This document shows positions 1 through 8,451 of a stretch of 64,000 nucleotides of DNA, one piece after another. Location of the stretch: the NCBI GenBank assembly GCA_024636855.1, contig JAGXGG010000060.1, forward strand, positions 36,126-100,125. The letters run 5' to 3'. The stretch's first letter is position 1; every line of letters begins with the position of its first letter. The position numbers were made by a program, and so were the translations under genes. The notes beneath the pieces were generated by a model that had not been told where the DNA came from, made no database searches, and saw only the letters and a list, made by a program, of their open reading frames with translations. Origin of the DNA: Ignavibacteriota bacterium (GTDB lineage: Bacteria > Bacteroidota > Ignavibacteria > Kapaibacteriales > UBA2268).

Positions 1-1
1 C

Positions 2-100
2 CAAGCGAAAGTAAAAGCATATAATAAAATAGCTGACTTGGATGAACAATCAAGATTACTTTATTATTCAGAGTTTTTCAAAAGTGTTTCTAAAATCTAA
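2..100 (+). CDS. 3' end of a CDS truncated by the window edge (product unknown)
   Basis: Frame 2 is open from the window edge to TAA at 98-100 (QAKVKAYNKIADLDEQSRLLYYSEFFKSVSKI*). It is convergent with the helicase gene. No recognisable motif. Confidence 0.3.
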   Translation, partial: QAKVKAYNKIADLDEQSRLLYYSEFFKSVSKI

Positions 101-103
101 GTT

Positions 104-2365
104 TTAATTTAATCTATCTAGTTTAGCATATTTTAACATTAGTGCTTTTTTACCGAAGTCTTCAAATCGAATAACAGCTTGTCTTTTATCAGCTATACCT
201 TTTAGTCCTGTTATAGTTCCTTTGCCGAATTTCACATGACTAACTTTATCACCAACTTTGTAATCAGTTAAAGTCTCATCAATTTGCGAATAGCTATATT
301 CTATAGTTTGATCAAATTCATTTCTTTGTGGTCTATTAGAAGTAGGTTGACTGCTAAATGCTGAACGTACACTTTCATTTACAGTTTTTCTTTCTACTTT
401 TTTTGCCTTCCAATCAACTAACTTGGATTTAATTTCATGCAAAAATAATGATGGAGTTGTAAATTTTGTTTCTCCAAACCTACTTCTTCTCTTTGCATAT
501 GATAGAAATAGCTTTTCTTTTGCTCTTGTTATTCCAACATAGAATAATCTTCGTTCTTCTTCTTTTTCTTCTAGTACACTCTCAGTTCTTTCTAATGGAA
601 ATAAGCCTTGTTCCATACCTGCGACAAACACACATGGAAATTCTAATCCTTTAGCGCTGTGTAAAGTCATCATAGTGATTTGTTCGTTATCCATCTCTGC
701 TTCGTCTAAATCTGTAATCAAAGCAACTTGTTGCAAGTAGTCATTAAGGGTTACACCTTCGTTTTCTCTAAAGAATAGACCAATATCTGAGATTAATTGC
801 TGAATGTTATTCCATCTATCCAGCGATTCGTCAGTTCCAATCTCTTTGAACATTTCTGGTAATTCAGTTGCTTCGATAAATTCTAAAAGGATTCCAGATT
901 TGTTAACTTCTTGCTCGAATTTATTTCGATATTTTTCAATAAGATGATGAAACTGTTTGAAAGACTTTTGTGCTCTGGATTGTAATTGATCAACTAAATC
1001 TGCTTCGCCGCTACTAGAAAGGAATGATGTTCCTGTTTGATTAGCATAACCATATAAATGTTGTAGTGAAGTCTTACCTAGACCTCTTGGTGGCTCATTT
1101 ATTATTCTATCGAATGATTCGTTGTCATTAGGATTAATAAGTAATCTCAAATAGGAAATTACATCTTTTATTTCCTTTCGTTTGAAGAAAGATATTCCTC
1201 CAACTACTACATAAGATATTCGTTCTTTTTTCAAGGCACTCTCTAATGCAAGAGACTGAGCATTTGTTCTATAAAGAATACATATATCCTTATTCGAGAA
1301 ATCTTGGAAGGTTAGTTCTTTTATTTTTTGTGCAATTTGGTCTGCTTCATGTCTTTCATCGTCACCAGCAGTGATTACAACCAAATCACCTTTAGGATTT
1401 TCCGTCCAAAGTTTCTTTTTCAATTGATTTTTATTGTTTTTAATAACAGAATCAGCAGCATCCAATATAATTTGAGTAGAACGGTAATTCTGTTCTAGTT
1501 TAACAACATTTGCATTCGGATAATCTTTATGAAAATCTAGAATATTCTTTATTTCTGCACCACGCCATCTATATATACTTTGTGCGTCATCTCCAACTAC
1601 ACATATATTACTATGTGCTTTAGATAGTTCTCTAATAGCTATATATTGAGCTCTATTCGTATCTTGGTACTCATCTACTAGTATGTATTTGAATTTAGTT
1701 TGATATTTATCTAATATCTCTCTTGAACTTTTGAGGAGTCTTATCATGTTGATTAGAATATCATCAAAATCCATAGCGTTACTTTGTCTTAGATATTTCT
1801 CATAACCTAAATAAATTAAACCTACTTGCTTATCGAAAGTATTATCAGCTTCTTCGGCAAATTGAGTTGGATTAAGCATATTTGATTTAGCATTACTAAT
1901 CCTAGATCGAACTTGATATGGTGAAAACGATTGGGGAGAGATTCCCTCTTGATTCATTATCTTTTTAATAGCACTCAGTTGATCATCTGCATCATATATG
2001 CTGAAGTCAGAAGTATAACCAATTTCAGTTGCTTCATACCTTAGAATTCTTGCAAAAATAGAGTGAAAAGTACCAGCCCAAACACTTTTAGCCGATTGCT
2101 CACCGACTAATGAAGCAATCCTCTCAGTCATTTCACGTGCAGCCTTATTAGTAAATGTTAATGCAAGTATTTTATAAGGTTGTACCCCTTGTGATATTAG
2201 ATTGGCTATACGATAAGTTAATACTCTTGTTTTACCACTACCAGCACCTGCTAGTACTAGTGTAGGGCCATTTATCTTGTTTACACCATCGAATTGTCTT
2301 TCATTTAAAGTACTAAATATTTTAGGATCTATTTGATGATTTTCTTTTGATAGATTAAGCGACAT
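104..2365 (-). CDS. pcrA: ATP-dependent DNA helicase, UvrD/PcrA family
   Basis: 753-aa ORF with Walker A GAGSGKT, motif II DEYQDT, TLHSAKGLEF and RRLFYVGITRA helicase motifs, and a C-terminal KFGKGTI tail typical of PcrA/UvrD. Confidence 0.9.
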   Translation of the reverse strand: MSLNLSKENHQIDPKIFSTLNERQFDGVNKINGPTLVLAGAGSGKTRVLTYRIANLISQGVQPYKILALTFTNKAAREMTERIASLVGEQSAKSVWAGTFHSIFARILRYEATEIGYTSDFSIYDADDQLSAIKKIMNQEGISPQSFSPYQVRSRISNAKSNMLNPTQFAEEADNTFDKQVGLIYLGYEKYLRQSNAMDFDDILINMIRLLKSSREILDKYQTKFKYILVDEYQDTNRAQYIAIRELSKAHSNICVVGDDAQSIYRWRGAEIKNILDFHKDYPNANVVKLEQNYRSTQIILDAADSVIKNNKNQLKKKLWTENPKGDLVVITAGDDERHEADQIAQKIKELTFQDFSNKDICILYRTNAQSLALESALKKERISYVVVGGISFFKRKEIKDVISYLRLLINPNDNESFDRIINEPPRGLGKTSLQHLYGYANQTGTSFLSSSGEADLVDQLQSRAQKSFKQFHHLIEKYRNKFEQEVNKSGILLEFIEATELPEMFKEIGTDESLDRWNNIQQLISDIGLFFRENEGVTLNDYLQQVALITDLDEAEMDNEQITMMTLHSAKGLEFPCVFVAGMEQGLFPLERTESVLEEKEEERRLFYVGITRAKEKLFLSYAKRRSRFGETKFTTPSLFLHEIKSKLVDWKAKKVERKTVNESVRSAFSSQPTSNRPQRNEFDQTIEYSYSQIDETLTDYKVGDKVSHVKFGKGTITGLKGIADKRQAVIRFEDFGKKALMLKYAKLDRLN

Positions 2366-2430
2366 TTTATTTTCTAAATTTGATTTTTCTAATTATCAAA
2401 GTTAAGTGATATTGTACTATAAAGAAAGAA

Positions 2431-2467
2431 ACAAAAAAAAAAGCTTATGACACATATGCCATAAGCT
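2431..2467 (-). terminator. Rho-independent terminator downstream of the 2494-3324 gene
   Basis: Read on the minus strand, the 8-bp stem AGCTTATG/CATAAGCT (2442-2449 with 2460-2467) is followed by a run of about 9 T (the A-run 2433-2441 on the plus strand). Confidence 0.6.
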
Positions 2468-2493
2468 CTTAATAATTATATTGATTAGAACTA

Positions 2494-3324
2494 TTATTTG
2501 AGGTAAATAAACTTACCAGAACTAACACCATTTTCATTTTCAATTACTAAGAAATAACGGCCTTTTTCTAATTTTGTATTTAGAGTATTTAAGTTTATAG
2601 AATTTTCACCTTTTATTATATTTTGACTTGCGATGTTAGCGATTCTATTACCATTTAAATCATATAAAGTAAATTTGGAGTTGTTTGATTCATTAGAACT
2701 ATTGAAAGTTAATAAATCATTATTCACTACTAAATCAAGTTTTTTAGAGTCTTTTACTATTTCTCTAAATCCATCTTTCACGGCTACAAACTCATCATGA
2801 AGAATGAACCTTGCAATTCTATGTCCTTTATTCTCATCATCCTTATTGCCTTTAAGCTCTTTTCTTCTTTTCGGATGACCATCTTTTTGCTTTAGTTCTT
2901 TGAGTTGGTTTGCAAGAGCTTTTACTGCTTCTTTATTGTTTTCTAATATAGCTTTAAGTTCAGATTTAACATCGTCTCTTTTATCTATATTTGCTTCCAT
3001 CAACTCTTTGATTTTTGTCTTTTTCTCATCTTTTGAAATATCAGAATTTTTAATTTCAGAAATATGATGTTTTAAATCGAGTCTTTCCGATTTTACTTTA
3101 TCTCTCAATAAATTTAATGTATTCAAATCATCTTCGTTTAGTTTCGAATCAAAATCATTTTTTAACTGATTTAGTCGATCAGCTTTCTCTTGTGTCAGAT
3201 TTGGTTTTTCAATTTCACATTTGCCTTTTTTCCCATGGCATTTTTCACCTTTTGCAATAACCGATATGCTTGTAACTAGTGCAAGAGCAATAACTGCAGT
3301 TATAATAAAACTTATTTTTTTCAT
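2494..3324 (-). CDS. Secreted helical Lys/Glu-rich protein with T9SS C-terminal sorting domain
   Basis: Signal peptide MKKISFIITAVIALALVTSISVIA. The central part is a charged helical region with repeated L-x-x-(E/D)-K motifs, reminiscent of Spy/CpxP-type periplasmic proteins. The C-terminal ~80 aa (..FTLYDLNGNRIANI..GRYFLVIENENGVSSGKFIYLK) fits the T9SS CTD pattern. Confidence 0.6.
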   Translation of the reverse strand: MKKISFIITAVIALALVTSISVIAKGEKCHGKKGKCEIEKPNLTQEKADRLNQLKNDFDSKLNEDDLNTLNLLRDKVKSERLDLKHHISEIKNSDISKDEKKTKIKELMEANIDKRDDVKSELKAILENNKEAVKALANQLKELKQKDGHPKRRKELKGNKDDENKGHRIARFILHDEFVAVKDGFREIVKDSKKLDLVVNNDLLTFNSSNESNNSKFTLYDLNGNRIANIASQNIIKGENSINLNTLNTKLEKGRYFLVIENENGVSSGKFIYLK

Positions 3325-3360
3325 ATAAACCTCTTTAATGTTATAATTAATTGATTATTT

Positions 3361-3388
3361 ATTTCTTAGACAATAGTTTCTAAGAAAT
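3361..3388. other. Perfect 10-bp inverted repeat (hairpin) between two co-directional genes
   Basis: ATTTCTTAGA (3361-3370) pairs with TCTAAGAAAT (3379-3388) around an 8-nt loop. It lies between the PASTA gene stop (3397) and the next gene start (3324). No clear T-run follows on either strand, so it is not a canonical terminator. Confidence 0.35.
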
Positions 3389-3396
3389 GGTTTAAT

Positions 3397-4251
3397 CTAC
3401 CTAGCAACAACTATATTAATATATTGTCCAAATTGTGCAAGTGTATTAGATGGTGGAAGTTGAGAAATTATAGTTCCAGGTACAAAAGTATCGTTATCAA
3501 TAAACTCTACATTTCCGAGTTTGAATCCTTCTGAAATAAGATAGTTTTCAATCCCTTCGAATGCCATACCTGAAAGTTTGGGTATATATACTTGATTCTC
3601 AGGACCTTTACTAATTATCAGATTAACGGTGTCACCATATATTAGATTTTTACCTTTTTTAATATTTTGAGAAATAACAGAGTCTTTCGGTACTAAATCA
3701 CTATAAGTGTATTGTATATCGCCTATATTCAATCCATTGTTATATAGACTAACCCTTGCTTGTCTAACGGATATCCCAGTTAGATCAGGCATCTCTATAG
3801 TTTCTTTACCTTTGCTGATAGTTATAAATATAGGTCTTTTGCTTTTAACTTGCTTATTAGCATCGGGGATTTGTTTTAGTATAATTCCTTCTACTTGCCC
3901 TGAGTATTGCTCACTTACTATCTCGTAAAATAGATTGTTAGCATTAAGTATTTCTGAAGCTTCTTTGAGACTTTTTCCTTCTATAGAAGGAACATTTACT
4001 GTCTCTCTATCATGAACCATAGAAGGTAGAATCCATTTATCAGCAATAAAAACCAACAAGAATAATACTATAATAAAACTAAAAAAAGTTATGATATACT
4101 TGAAGCTGTTTCTGCTTCTGTTTACCAAATTCAAAAATTTATTTTCAGTTTTTTTAGTTTTATCATTATTTTCGTCTTCTACATTTGGAGTATTCCTCTT
4201 GTATCGATTCTTCAGATTTTCTAATTCGTTCTCGTTTTCGTCGAATGTCAT
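3397..4251 (-). CDS. PASTA domain-containing membrane protein
   Basis: Charged N-terminal tail, one TM helix (FKYIITFFSFIIVLFLLVFI), then three ~65-aa PASTA-like repeats beginning VNVPSIEGKSLKEA, IEMPDLTGISVRQA and VYIPKLSGMAFEG. Confidence 0.75.
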   Translation of the reverse strand: MTFDENENELENLKNRYKRNTPNVEDENNDKTKKTENKFLNLVNRSRNSFKYIITFFSFIIVLFLLVFIADKWILPSMVHDRETVNVPSIEGKSLKEASEILNANNLFYEIVSEQYSGQVEGIILKQIPDANKQVKSKRPIFITISKGKETIEMPDLTGISVRQARVSLYNNGLNIGDIQYTYSDLVPKDSVISQNIKKGKNLIYGDTVNLIISKGPENQVYIPKLSGMAFEGIENYLISEGFKLGNVEFIDNDTFVPGTIISQLPPSNTLAQFGQYINIVVAR

Positions 4252-4318
4252 TATATGTTCGTATTTTTTACAGAATAAGTCTTAAATTAAGACAATTATT
4301 TAAACAAATCCAATAAAA

Positions 4319-5311
4319 ATGAATTTTACAGAAAAAGCACTTACAATATCCGAAAAAATTGAAAAATCATATAATATTATTATTACTTCACATGTAAGTC
4401 CAGATGGTGATGCAATCGGTTCAATGTTGGCATTACATTTTTTTATTAAAAAGCACTTTAATAAAAAGTCTAAAATGTTTATCCATGGTGGAATTAATAA
4501 TAATCTAAAATTTTTAGAAGGTTGTGATACTATTCTCCGTTATGATGATAGGGTGATGGAAGATATAATCGGAGCCGATTTAATTTTTGTATTAGATTTG
4601 AATGATTTGAGTAGATTAAAAGATGCAGGTGATGCAGTTGCAATGTCTAATGCTTACAAAATAATGATTGATCATCACTTGGAGCCAAAGGAATTTGCAG
4701 ATTTAGAGTTATTAGATACAGATGCAACATCTACAGGTGAGCTTATTTGGGTATTGATTGATGCATTGAAAGGGAAATATGACAAACGAATATCGAATGC
4801 GCTTTATACTGCAATAATGACTGATACAGGTAGTTTCAGATTTGATAGAACAACAGCAGAGACTCATTATATAGTTGCAAAGTTATTGGAAAACGGGGCT
4901 GATCCCGTTAAATGCTATGACGAGATATATAATCAAAAAACAGTACAAGCACTAAAATTATTAGGTATGTCTTTAGCAAATATAGATTTGTATAACCAAG
5001 GTCGTATTTCTATAATGTCACTTAGAAAGTCAGATTTTGATAAAGCAGATGCTATAGAAGATGATACTGAAGGCTTTGTAGCAAATACTCTATCTGTAAA
5101 AGGAGTTGAGGTAGGAGTGCTAATCACTGAAAGAGAAAAAGGTGAGTTAAGAATATCATTCCGTTCAAAAGGTAAATATTCAGTACGCGAAGCTGCTGCA
5201 AAATTTGGTGGAGGAGGACACAAGTTTGCTGCTGGTGCCCGTACCCTCAACCAAGAATTTGATGATGTCAAAAATAATATAATATATGAACTGGATAAAT
5301 TATTTATATAA
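4319..5311 (+). CDS. nrnA: DHH-family phosphoesterase, NrnA-like (oligoribonuclease / pAp phosphatase)
   Basis: DHH motifs SHVSPDGDAIGS, IDHH and MTDTGSF, plus the DHHA1 motif GGGGH near the C-terminus. Confidence 0.85.
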   Translation: MNFTEKALTISEKIEKSYNIIITSHVSPDGDAIGSMLALHFFIKKHFNKKSKMFIHGGINNNLKFLEGCDTILRYDDRVMEDIIGADLIFVLDLNDLSRLKDAGDAVAMSNAYKIMIDHHLEPKEFADLELLDTDATSTGELIWVLIDALKGKYDKRISNALYTAIMTDTGSFRFDRTTAETHYIVAKLLENGADPVKCYDEIYNQKTVQALKLLGMSLANIDLYNQGRISIMSLRKSDFDKADAIEDDTEGFVANTLSVKGVEVGVLITEREKGELRISFRSKGKYSVREAAAKFGGGGHKFAAGARTLNQEFDDVKNNIIYELDKLFI

Positions 5312-6656
5312 TTTGATGTAATGACTGAGAAATTAGTTTGAAACCTTCATCCAATTCACTTTCTGTTATATTCAGTCTAGTCCTGAAACGAACAGAATTA
5401 TTACCACATGCCAAAACAATAAGTCCATTTTCTAGACATTTATTTAGAAGTGGTTTTCTTAATTCTTGCTTTATATCAAAAGCTCTAAAAAGTCCTTTGC
5501 CTCTGACATTGCTAATTAAATCCGGGTTGTCATTTTGTAAATTCTGAAGTAAAGAATGTAAGTAATACCCCATTTTATCCGAATTATATACTAAATTCTC
5601 TTCTTCGATAATTTCTAGATACTTGGTAATCCTCACCATGTCCGTATAATTACCACCCCATGTAGAGTTAATTCTTGAAGATTTATGGAATACATTATCT
5701 TCCACTTCATCTATTCTTTCATTGGATAATATACCGCATACTTGCATTTTTTTACCAAAGCATAAAATATCAGGCTTTATAGAAAGATGTTGATAAGCCC
5801 ACATTTTACCTGTCATTCCAACACCTGTCTGTACTTCGTCAAAAATAAGTAGAGCATCATTTTCGTCACAAATTCTTCTTAATTCAACGAAAAATTCATC
5901 TCTAAAGTGATTATCTCCACCTTCACCTTGTATAGGTTCTATTATTATCGAGCAAATATCATCTTTGTTTTCGATGAATGCATGTTCTATTTGTCTTATG
6001 CTTTCATTCTCTCTTTTAATTAAATCTTCGATATTGTTTTCGATTGGAAAAATAATTTTTGGATTATCAACTCTAGGCCAATCAAATTTAGGGAAATACA
6101 ATACTTTAACTGGGTCTGTATTAGTTATTGAAAGTGTATATCCACTTCTTCCATGAAATGCTTGTTTGAAATGGAGTACTTTTGTTCCTATACTTTCTGA
6201 GAGTCCTTTCTTTATATTCTTTCTAACTTTCCAATCCATAGCAGCTTTTAATGCATTTTCTACTGCTAATGCACCCCCTTCTATATAGAAGCTATATTTG
6301 AAATCACTATTTGGAACAGCAACTTTAAATAAAGTATTAGTAAAAGTAGCTTGAACTTCAGAATATAAGTCAGAATTCGAAGGTTTATTGAGAGAATTGA
6401 TTCCTATATAGTCTAAAAAATCAGACTCTAGCATTTTGGGATGGTTATATCCTAATGGCATAGATGCAAAACAAGTAAAGAAATCCAAATATTTCTTTCC
6501 TGTTTTTCTATCTACAATATTTCCTTTACTTTCATTATTGTCAATCACAATTGACATACCATCTCCAATTTGATACTTAGAAATTAATTCTAAGGCATTA
6601 GAACTGTTTATATAATACTTTGGGGTATAGTTAGTATTTTTCATTTGTTTATCCAT
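5304..6656 (-). CDS. lat: Class-III aminotransferase, L-lysine 6-transaminase-like
   Basis: 450 aa. Class-III PLP signatures FDEVQTGVGMTGKMWA and CFGKK (Schiff-base Lys). The N-terminal segment DRKTGKKYLDFFTCFASMPLGYNHP resembles lysine epsilon-aminotransferases. The last 8 nt overlap the convergent nrnA gene. Confidence 0.7.
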   Translation of the reverse strand: MDKQMKNTNYTPKYYINSSNALELISKYQIGDGMSIVIDNNESKGNIVDRKTGKKYLDFFTCFASMPLGYNHPKMLESDFLDYIGINSLNKPSNSDLYSEVQATFTNTLFKVAVPNSDFKYSFYIEGGALAVENALKAAMDWKVRKNIKKGLSESIGTKVLHFKQAFHGRSGYTLSITNTDPVKVLYFPKFDWPRVDNPKIIFPIENNIEDLIKRENESIRQIEHAFIENKDDICSIIIEPIQGEGGDNHFRDEFFVELRRICDENDALLIFDEVQTGVGMTGKMWAYQHLSIKPDILCFGKKMQVCGILSNERIDEVEDNVFHKSSRINSTWGGNYTDMVRITKYLEIIEEENLVYNSDKMGYYLHSLLQNLQNDNPDLISNVRGKGLFRAFDIKQELRKPLLNKCLENGLIVLACGNNSVRFRTRLNITESELDEGFKLISQSLHQII

Positions 6657-7005
6657 ATTTTTAACTAGAAATTTATTATTATTATCTTATCAAAGTCAAG
6701 TAGCTATAATTAAGTATGGAAGTGTAAAGTAGAGTGGAGATGAGTTTAGAGTGATACAAACAGAATGAAAGTGCAGAACTTCCTCTTATTGTACCCTTAC
6801 TTGTGTTGAAATAGTTTGTATGTGAATTTAAAAATCTCATACTGTAAGATACGCTTTATTACGTAAAAGTTGTCATTATTGAAAACTTTTATTTGTAGAA
6901 ATAAAAACTAAATCTTATCTTATGCTTTACTATCAGCAGTTTTAGTAAAATTAATATTTTTAAACTGAAAAAAAATCATTTAATAATTAATTTATAGGTT
7001 AATGT

Positions 7006-8337
7006 ATGTCTCCAAACAATATGACAGGTAATAAAGAACACAGAGGCGCAGGGTTTGTGCAATGGGTTGTATTCTTAGCTATAACACTAGTAGTAGGTTA
7101 CTTAACTCACTTTCACATTTTACCTCAAGCTACAGCTGGATTCGTAATTTCTCAATTCTCACCTTCAGGTGATGAATTAGGAAAAATAGGATTTGTTGAA
7201 TTCAATGATCTTACTTGGGGGTCTACTTCAAAAGAAAAAGAAGCTTCGATTGGTTCAAACACTACGGTAGCTAAAGATTTGATTAATGATGAGTATATCA
7301 TAGACTTTTCATGGCAAGATAGAAATTTAGAAACTCATGGTTATTCAAAAAAATCTGGAGAATGGTACGTAAAAGCTCCTAAATTAGGTGAGAATCCAAT
7401 TTTCCTAGAACCTCATATTGGTTTCTGGATTCTTTCATTAGTAATTGGTTTATTTGTAGGTGTACTTTTAACAATGTTATTCCCTTCTTCTTTAGGTCTT
7501 ATGGCTGCATTATTTGAAAAGGAGATTGATCACGTTAAAGTTAAAATCAGGCTTCAAACTGGATTTGATGATAGAGTAGTCGAGATGTTAACTTTACCTG
7601 ATATCAGATTGAAAGATGCTGATAGAGATGAAATGGAAAGACTTTATAGAACTATTTGGGATAGAACAACAACTGATACCGAGTTAGCAACTAAAAAGTT
7701 AATTGATTTTGATGATATTTACGATGATGAAACTGACTTGGTTCTTTTCAGAAATGAAGCTTTGTATAATAGAATTAAAGAGTTCTTCTCTGAGTTTGTA
7801 TTAACAGAGATTGTAGATACTAAGAATGGTTTAGATTGGAGAGGTAATCATTTGAAAATTGGAAAAGGTTTCAAACTTTATATGGCTCACCACTTCACAG
7901 AACAATTCTCTAACAACGTAACAGGTCTTGCTTATGGTGGTGCTGCGGTACTTATCGTGGGTGTTGGTATTCGTGGATTGAAATTTATTCCTGCGGATAG
8001 ACCTTCTGTTATCTTATTTGTAATCTTCTTAGAGTTTACGATGCTTGTGCTTCTTGCAATCACGATGTTCTATACTGAAAATGAAGAACGTATGGACAAG
8101 ATGCTTAAGAAAATGGAAGATGCTAATAGATCTCAACTTGAGACTCTTAGAGGCCAACAAGAAGATATTCACCAATTATCTACTGCTTTAGTTGGACAAA
8201 CTTCTGAAATTATCAAAACTAGAGTTGAAAATGCTATTTCTGAGTATATGACTAGTGGCGATAATGTTCAAAGAGAAATCGCAAGTGCAATAGCTGACAA
8301 AATTATTTTTGATATCAAAGGTACTCCTAAAAAATAA
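7006..8337 (+). CDS. Multi-pass membrane protein with C-terminal GldL/PorL-like TM hairpin and coiled-coil tail
   Basis: 443 aa. N-terminal TM helix (FVQWVVFLAITLVVGYL), a ~100-aa loop, a long hydrophobic segment (IGFWILSLVIGLFVGVLLTMLF..), and a ~140-aa charged region. Then comes the hairpin YGGAAVLIVGVGIRGLKF / ILFVIFLEFTMLVLLAITMFYTENEE, followed by a heptad-like tail (MLKKMEDANRSQLETLRGQQEDIHQL..). The hairpin resembles the recalled GldL/PorL signature. Confidence 0.45.
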   Translation: MSPNNMTGNKEHRGAGFVQWVVFLAITLVVGYLTHFHILPQATAGFVISQFSPSGDELGKIGFVEFNDLTWGSTSKEKEASIGSNTTVAKDLINDEYIIDFSWQDRNLETHGYSKKSGEWYVKAPKLGENPIFLEPHIGFWILSLVIGLFVGVLLTMLFPSSLGLMAALFEKEIDHVKVKIRLQTGFDDRVVEMLTLPDIRLKDADRDEMERLYRTIWDRTTTDTELATKKLIDFDDIYDDETDLVLFRNEALYNRIKEFFSEFVLTEIVDTKNGLDWRGNHLKIGKGFKLYMAHHFTEQFSNNVTGLAYGGAAVLIVGVGIRGLKFIPADRPSVILFVIFLEFTMLVLLAITMFYTENEERMDKMLKKMEDANRSQLETLRGQQEDIHQLSTALVGQTSEIIKTRVENAISEYMTSGDNVQREIASAIADKIIFDIKGTPKK

Positions 8338-8370
8338 TTAGTTGAACTAAAATGTAACTTTTTATATTAA

Positions 8371-8408
8371 GGTTGTGTTCATTGTTATATGAACACAACC
8401 TTTTTTTT
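8371..8408 (+). terminator. Rho-independent terminator after the 7006-8337 gene
   Basis: GGTTGTGTTC (8371-8380) pairs with GAACACAACC (8391-8400) around a 10-nt loop and is followed by T8 (8401-8408). Confidence 0.8.
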
Positions 8409-8451
8409 AATAATACGTTTATTCATGAACTAATAATTATAAGTATTAAAT

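Noticed and set aside
4933-5271. 112-aa minus-strand ORF inside nrnA, together with similar antisense ORFs at 466-654, 3707-3928, 5338-5547, 9903-10121, 11103-11339, 12795-13103, 16430-17965, 22114-22404, 23097-23378, 28622-28876, 36961-37248, 37858-38079, 44010-44966, 49504-49737, 59336-59566 and 62010-62567
   Set aside because: Each lies entirely antisense to, or out of frame within, a longer ORF that has clear family motifs. Their translations are low-complexity (Leu/Phe/Ile/Ser-rich), as expected from AT-rich antisense frames. No independent start context or motif.
6657-7005. Lysine riboswitch (L-box) upstream of the lysine aminotransferase-like gene
   Set aside because: Reading the minus strand, I could not find the conserved L-box core segments or a five-stem layout. 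An OFF-type lysine riboswitch would also be illogical for a catabolic gene. I kept only the generic observation of an unexplained GC-richer island.
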